Origin: Deltaproteobacteria bacterium | GTDB lineage: Bacteria; Myxococcota_A; UBA9160; SMWR01 | Reading direction: 5' to 3' | DNA: 10,527 nucleotides | Assembly: GCA_032128115.1 (NCBI GenBank) | Contig: JAQBHB010000079.1 | Coordinates: 1-10,527 of the forward strand | Part shown: one piece after another, positions 7,331 through 10,527 of the stretch | How positions within the stretch are numbered: the stretch's first letter is position 1 | How the letters are laid out: each line of letters opens with the position of its first letter | Notes under the pieces: generated by a model | What the model was told of the DNA's origin: nothing | Seen by the model: only the letters and a program-made list of their open reading frames with translations | The model's database searches: none | Position numbers and translations under genes: made by a program

Positions 7331-8535
7331 GCACTCTCACTGCGCGCGGGCTGCCAGACGAGGGGCAGGTACTTCACCTCCCGAATGCCGATCGCGTAGA
7401 TGGGGACCTCTCCGGGTTTGATGGAATATTCCGGCACGCGCCGGTGCCACTCTTCCAGGGCCACCTGAAGCTCCATTCGCGCCAGATGCGATCCCAGGCA
7501 GCGGTGGGGTCCGGCGCCGAAGGCGATGTGCCGGTTGCGCTCCCGCTCGAAGTCTACGGTCTCCGCGTTGGAGAACATCTTGTCGTCGGTGTTGGAGGCG
7601 CCGAGCAGCAGGGTCACAATTTCACCCTTCTTGATCTGCACGTCGCGCATCGTGACATCGCTCTTCACCACCCGCGGCACCATCATCACCGGGGTCTCCC
7701 AGCGCAACAGCTCCTCCACCGCGCCCGGGATCTGGGACGGATCGCGCACCAGGCGCTCCCGTTGGTCTGGATTCGCGGCCAGGTAGGCGACGCTGCAGCC
7801 CAGGGTCGCCGTCACCGTGTCGAGCCCGGCCAGGATCAGCAGGAAGCAGATGTCCAGCATCTCGTTGCGCTCCAGGCGTTTGCCGTCGATCTCGATCTTT
7901 ACCAGGAAGCTCAACATGTCGTCGCCCGGATTCGCGCGCCGCTTTTCAATCACGTCTTCGAAGTAGGCGTAGATCTCCCGGCCCGTATCGGCGCGGATCC
8001 TGGCCGCTTCGTCCATGTCGGTGCTGTCGGGTCGGATGATGCCGTCCTTCAGCTCGAGGAAGCGCTTCAGATGGTCGTGGGGCAGGCCCAGCAGGCTGAG
8101 GAAGGCGGTGCAGGGCAGGGGAATGGCGAAGGCCTCGTCGAACTCGCACTCACCCAGGTCGACGATCTTGTCGATCAGGGCGTTGGCATGACGCCGCACG
8201 TCCGGCTCGATCAAGGCCATGCGTCGACGTGAGAAGCACGGATCCAGGATCTTCCGATACCGGGTCTGGGCCGGCGGGTCGATCTGCTGGGGAATCATCG
8301 GCCGCTCGGTTCCCAGGCCCATCTGCTCGTGCATCTCCGACGAGAAGATCTCGGGATGGCGCAGCGCCCACATCACGTCTTCGTAGCGCGTAATCACGGG
8401 GCCCTGGGTGATGGCGGCGCGCGTGACCGGGCACCGGTCTCGCACGCTGCGGAAAACCGGCTGGGGGCAGGCCAGGAAGGCGGGGTCGAAAAGGTTGATC
8501 TCGCCGGTCTTCGGGTCGGGATTTTCGGCCGCCAT
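7327..8535 (-). CDS. Cytochrome P450, CYP143-like, 402 aa
   Basis: Heme motif FGAGPHRCLGSHLAR (Cys346), ExxR (VEELLR), I-helix LLILAGLDTVT and PQQIDPP. GAGGGAG RBS at 8542-8548; coupled to a ferredoxin gene. The subfamily is a recalled resemblance. Confidence 0.96.
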   Translation of the reverse strand: MAAENPDPKTGEINLFDPAFLACPQPVFRSVRDRCPVTRAAITQGPVITRYEDVMWALRHPEIFSSEMHEQMGLGTERPMIPQQIDPPAQTRYRKILDPCFSRRRMALIEPDVRRHANALIDKIVDLGECEFDEAFAIPLPCTAFLSLLGLPHDHLKRFLELKDGIIRPDSTDMDEAARIRADTGREIYAYFEDVIEKRRANPGDDMLSFLVKIEIDGKRLERNEMLDICFLLILAGLDTVTATLGCSVAYLAANPDQRERLVRDPSQIPGAVEELLRWETPVMMVPRVVKSDVTMRDVQIKKGEIVTLLLGASNTDDKMFSNAETVDFERERNRHIAFGAGPHRCLGSHLARMELQVALEEWHRRVPEYSIKPGEVPIYAIGIREVKYLPLVWQPARSESA

Positions 8536-8586
8536 GGGTTGCTCCCTCGTGTCGAATGCCGGGTCTGGATCCGCGTCTGGAGCGCG

Positions 8587-8604
8587 ATTCTAGCGTGATA
8601 GTAT
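8587..8604. promoter_or_regulatory. Back-to-back divergent -10 elements
   Basis: Minus-strand TAGAAT (8587-8592) faces the P450 run. Plus-strand extended -10 TGaTAGTAT (8596-8604) faces the enoyl-CoA hydratase. This is the most AT-rich patch of the 108-bp divergent spacer. Confidence 0.5.
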
Positions 8605-8643
8605 CCCAGCCGGCAGATGCCGCGGAACCCCGGGAGAGGCAGC

Positions 8644-9426
8644 ATGAGCAGTGACACCATCCGCGTCGAATACGATGGCCCGGTTGCCATCATGACCAAC
8701 AACCGCCCCGAGAAGCACAATGCGGCCAACGATGAAATGGACGCGCGCCTGTGGGAGGTGCTGGCGGAGCTGAATCAGCGTTCCGGATTGCGCGTCGTGG
8801 TCTGGCGGGGCGAGGGCAAGTCGTTTTCCTCGGGGCGCGACACCACCGAGCTGGGTGTTCGCAGCGAGGACTTGAGCGACCTGGAGTTCATCGAGCGGGG
8901 CCATGCGGGCACCCAGCAGTTCTTCACGCTGCAGGCGCCGATCGTGGTGGCGCTCAAGGGTTGGGTGATCGGGGGCTCCTTCGAGCGGGCGCTGTTGTGT
9001 GATCTGCGAATCGCCGGCGAGAGCGCGAAGATGCGCCTTCCAGAAATCCTCCACGGCGTCGTGCCCGACACCGGGGGTACGGCCCGGCTCTTCCAGATCG
9101 CAGGCCACGGATTGGCTGCCGACCTGGCGCTCACGGGTCGCGTGATGACGGCGGACGAGGCGCTGACCCACGGTGTGGTCTCGCGGGTGGTCCCCGACGA
9201 GAAGTTAGACGCCACGGCCATGGAAGTCGCGCATGCCATCGCCGCAGCGCCGCCGTTCACGGTCAAGATGTTCCGGCGGACTCTCGGCCGCATGGCGGAC
9301 CCGCTTGTGAAGCAGTCGATCGCCGAGGAGGCGATCACCCAGTCGATGGTGTTCGCCTCGGCGGACTACGCCGAGATGAAGGCCGCCCGCGCCGAGAACC
9401 GCGAGCCCCGATACCGGGGGCGCTGA
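8644..9426 (+). CDS. Enoyl-CoA hydratase/isomerase (crotonase superfamily), 260 aa
   Basis: Motifs NRPEKHNA, GEGKSFSSGRD, PIVVALKGWVIGGSFE, CDLRIA, LPEILHGVVPDTGG and LTGRVMTADEA. I place the start at ATG 8644 (GGAGAGG at 8633-8639) rather than 8617 as in the ORF track. Confidence 0.95.
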   Translation: MSSDTIRVEYDGPVAIMTNNRPEKHNAANDEMDARLWEVLAELNQRSGLRVVVWRGEGKSFSSGRDTTELGVRSEDLSDLEFIERGHAGTQQFFTLQAPIVVALKGWVIGGSFERALLCDLRIAGESAKMRLPEILHGVVPDTGGTARLFQIAGHGLAADLALTGRVMTADEALTHGVVSRVVPDEKLDATAMEVAHAIAAAPPFTVKMFRRTLGRMADPLVKQSIAEEAITQSMVFASADYAEMKAARAENREPRYRGR

Positions 9427-9442
9427 CCTCCGCGCTGGGCGG

Positions 9443-9922
9443 CTACCGGATCACGGGAGCGGGCGGGGTCCAGTCGGCCTCGTAGAAGGGGGCGAGACGA
9501 TACAGGGCGTCGCGCGCCGCGGTGATCTTGTCCAGGGTCGGCTTCAACACGAGCTGGCGGCGCGCTTCTTCTCGGGCATCACGCACAAGCATCATCAGGC
9601 GCTTGTAGCTGTTGAGGGTCTCTTCGCGCCCCAGTCCGTCGTCCAGCTGCATCGAAATCTTCTTGGACTGGTTCTCGATCTTCTTGAAGTCTTCCAACAG
9701 CTGCTGCTGCGCCTGCCGCGACCCGGTGCCGGGCGACGCCGGCATGTCCTTGCGGAAGGTCTCCCAGAGTCCCGCGGTGGCGACGCGGAGCTCCTGGCCG
9801 ATCTTCGTGACCTCCTCCTGGTCCCAGGGGGTGAGGTCTGCGCGGGCGCCGGCGGGCAATAGGGCGAGGGCCAGGGTGGCCAGGGCGGTAACGATCGGTC
9901 GCGTCGGTCGGATCGGGGTCAT
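9443..9922 (-). CDS. Hypothetical secreted alpha-helical protein, 159 aa
   Basis: From ATG 9922 (GGAG 5 nt upstream): basic n-region, hydrophobic h-region IVTALATLALALLP and an A-R-A cleavage site. The mature part has amphipathic helical periodicity and GC3-rich codons. No family recognised. Confidence 0.8.
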   Translation of the reverse strand: MTPIRPTRPIVTALATLALALLPAGARADLTPWDQEEVTKIGQELRVATAGLWETFRKDMPASPGTGSRQAQQQLLEDFKKIENQSKKISMQLDDGLGREETLNSYKRLMMLVRDAREEARRQLVLKPTLDKITAARDALYRLAPFYEADWTPPAPVIR

Positions 9923-10107
9923 GTCCGCTCCATTCATTGTTGGCGTGCCCACCGGGGCCGGATCCAGGGGCGTGGGTGCGCCTATCATGACGCCGTTTTC
10001 CCGCGATTGGAAGCCGTCTTGTGTGGGCCAGTTGCCGCTAGAAGCAGGGCCTGGGTCCGGTGAGCCCGGTCACGCGGGCGGCGCGGCGGCTTCCGATGAG
10101 ATCTGCC

Positions 10108-10410
10108 ATGACGAAGACACGAGTACGAACGGCGATCAAGACGGAATTCCGGGCCGGGTCCCTGCGTGGCAGGGGAACCATCAAGAACGTGAGTCCCGAG
10201 GGGCTCTTCGTGAGCACCGGCTCGATTCCAGAGCAGGGGGAGGCCGTGCAACTGGTCTTTCCGGTTCCCGGCGGCCGGCTCGCGCTCTCGGGCATGGTCT
10301 GGTGGACTACGACGGGGAACCACACGATGGGCCCCGGCCAGAGGGGCTTCGGCCTGCGGCTCCTGGAGGCCCCGGAACGCTTCCAACGCCTGGTGGAGAG
10401 CCTGCGCTGA
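10108..10410 (+). CDS. Stand-alone PilZ-domain protein, about 100 aa (start could be 10096 or 10060)
   Basis: GTIKNVSPEGLFV matches the (D/N)xSxxG motif. The pattern P-x-x-G-x-x-V-x-L-x-F ... G-x-V-x-W ... GFGLRL and a C-terminal helix is typical of the PilZ barrel. No clear RBS, so the start is uncertain. Confidence 0.85.
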   Translation: MTKTRVRTAIKTEFRAGSLRGRGTIKNVSPEGLFVSTGSIPEQGEAVQLVFPVPGGRLALSGMVWWTTTGNHTMGPGQRGFGLRLLEAPERFQRLVESLR

Positions 10411-10419
10411 CAATCCGCG

Positions 10420-10527
10420 CTAGCGGCCCTTGGTGAGGCGGCCCACATCGATGAAGCGCCGGATGCGCCCCTTGCTGGCCAGCGGCGTGCCGTGGGCGTC
10501 CCAGAACTCGATGCGGTTGCCGGTGCC
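10420..10527 (-). CDS. 3' end of an unidentified gene entering from the right edge (partial)
   Basis: Open frame from the window edge, GTGNRIEFWDAHGTPLASKGRIRRFIDVGRLTKGR*, with nearly all codons ending in G/C. TAG at 10420-10422, 9 nt from the convergent PilZ stop. Confidence 0.7.
   Translation of the reverse strand, partial: GTGNRIEFWDAHGTPLASKGRIRRFIDVGRLTKGR

Noticed and set aside
8617..8643. ORF-track N-terminal extensions of the hydratase (8617) and the secreted protein (9988)
   Set aside because: The downstream ATGs at 8644 and 9922 have SD-like sequences and give a family-typical N-terminus and a correctly placed signal peptide, respectively.
9427..9442. Terminator between the convergent hydratase and secreted-protein genes
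   Set aside because: The gap is 16 bp with at most a 4-bp stem and no U-tract.
10070..10099. Possible sigma28 promoter (TCACG...TCCGATGA) before the PilZ gene
   Set aside because: The -35 match is poor and the spacing is longer than consensus.

Overview
High-GC bacterial DNA, almost all coding. A seven-gene minus-strand run (8535 to 141) encodes, in transcription order: cytochrome P450 (CYP143-like), 3Fe-4S-type ferredoxin, extended SDR, Zn-dependent alcohol dehydrogenase, a second P450 (CYP124/125/142-like), an amidohydrolase_2 enzyme and a 788-aa tandem two-domain family III CoA-transferase. An enoyl-CoA hydratase/isomerase is transcribed divergently from a 108-bp spacer with back-to-back -10-like boxes. 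The set looks like an oxidative catabolic locus for a hydrophobic substrate that cannot be identified from sequence. The right end holds a secreted helical hypothetical protein, a small PilZ-domain protein lacking a well-placed RxxxR motif and the last 35 codons of an unidentified gene. Just past the CoA-transferase stop is an 86-bp element with 28/29-bp inverted arms resembling a REP-doublet/MITE. I found no rRNA, tRNA, CRISPR array or transposase. Family assignments come from motifs read in the translations and recalled family knowledge, not database searches. I cannot demonstrate a new system; the best leads are the two-P450 cluster, the asymmetric fused CoA-transferase and the inverted-repeat element.
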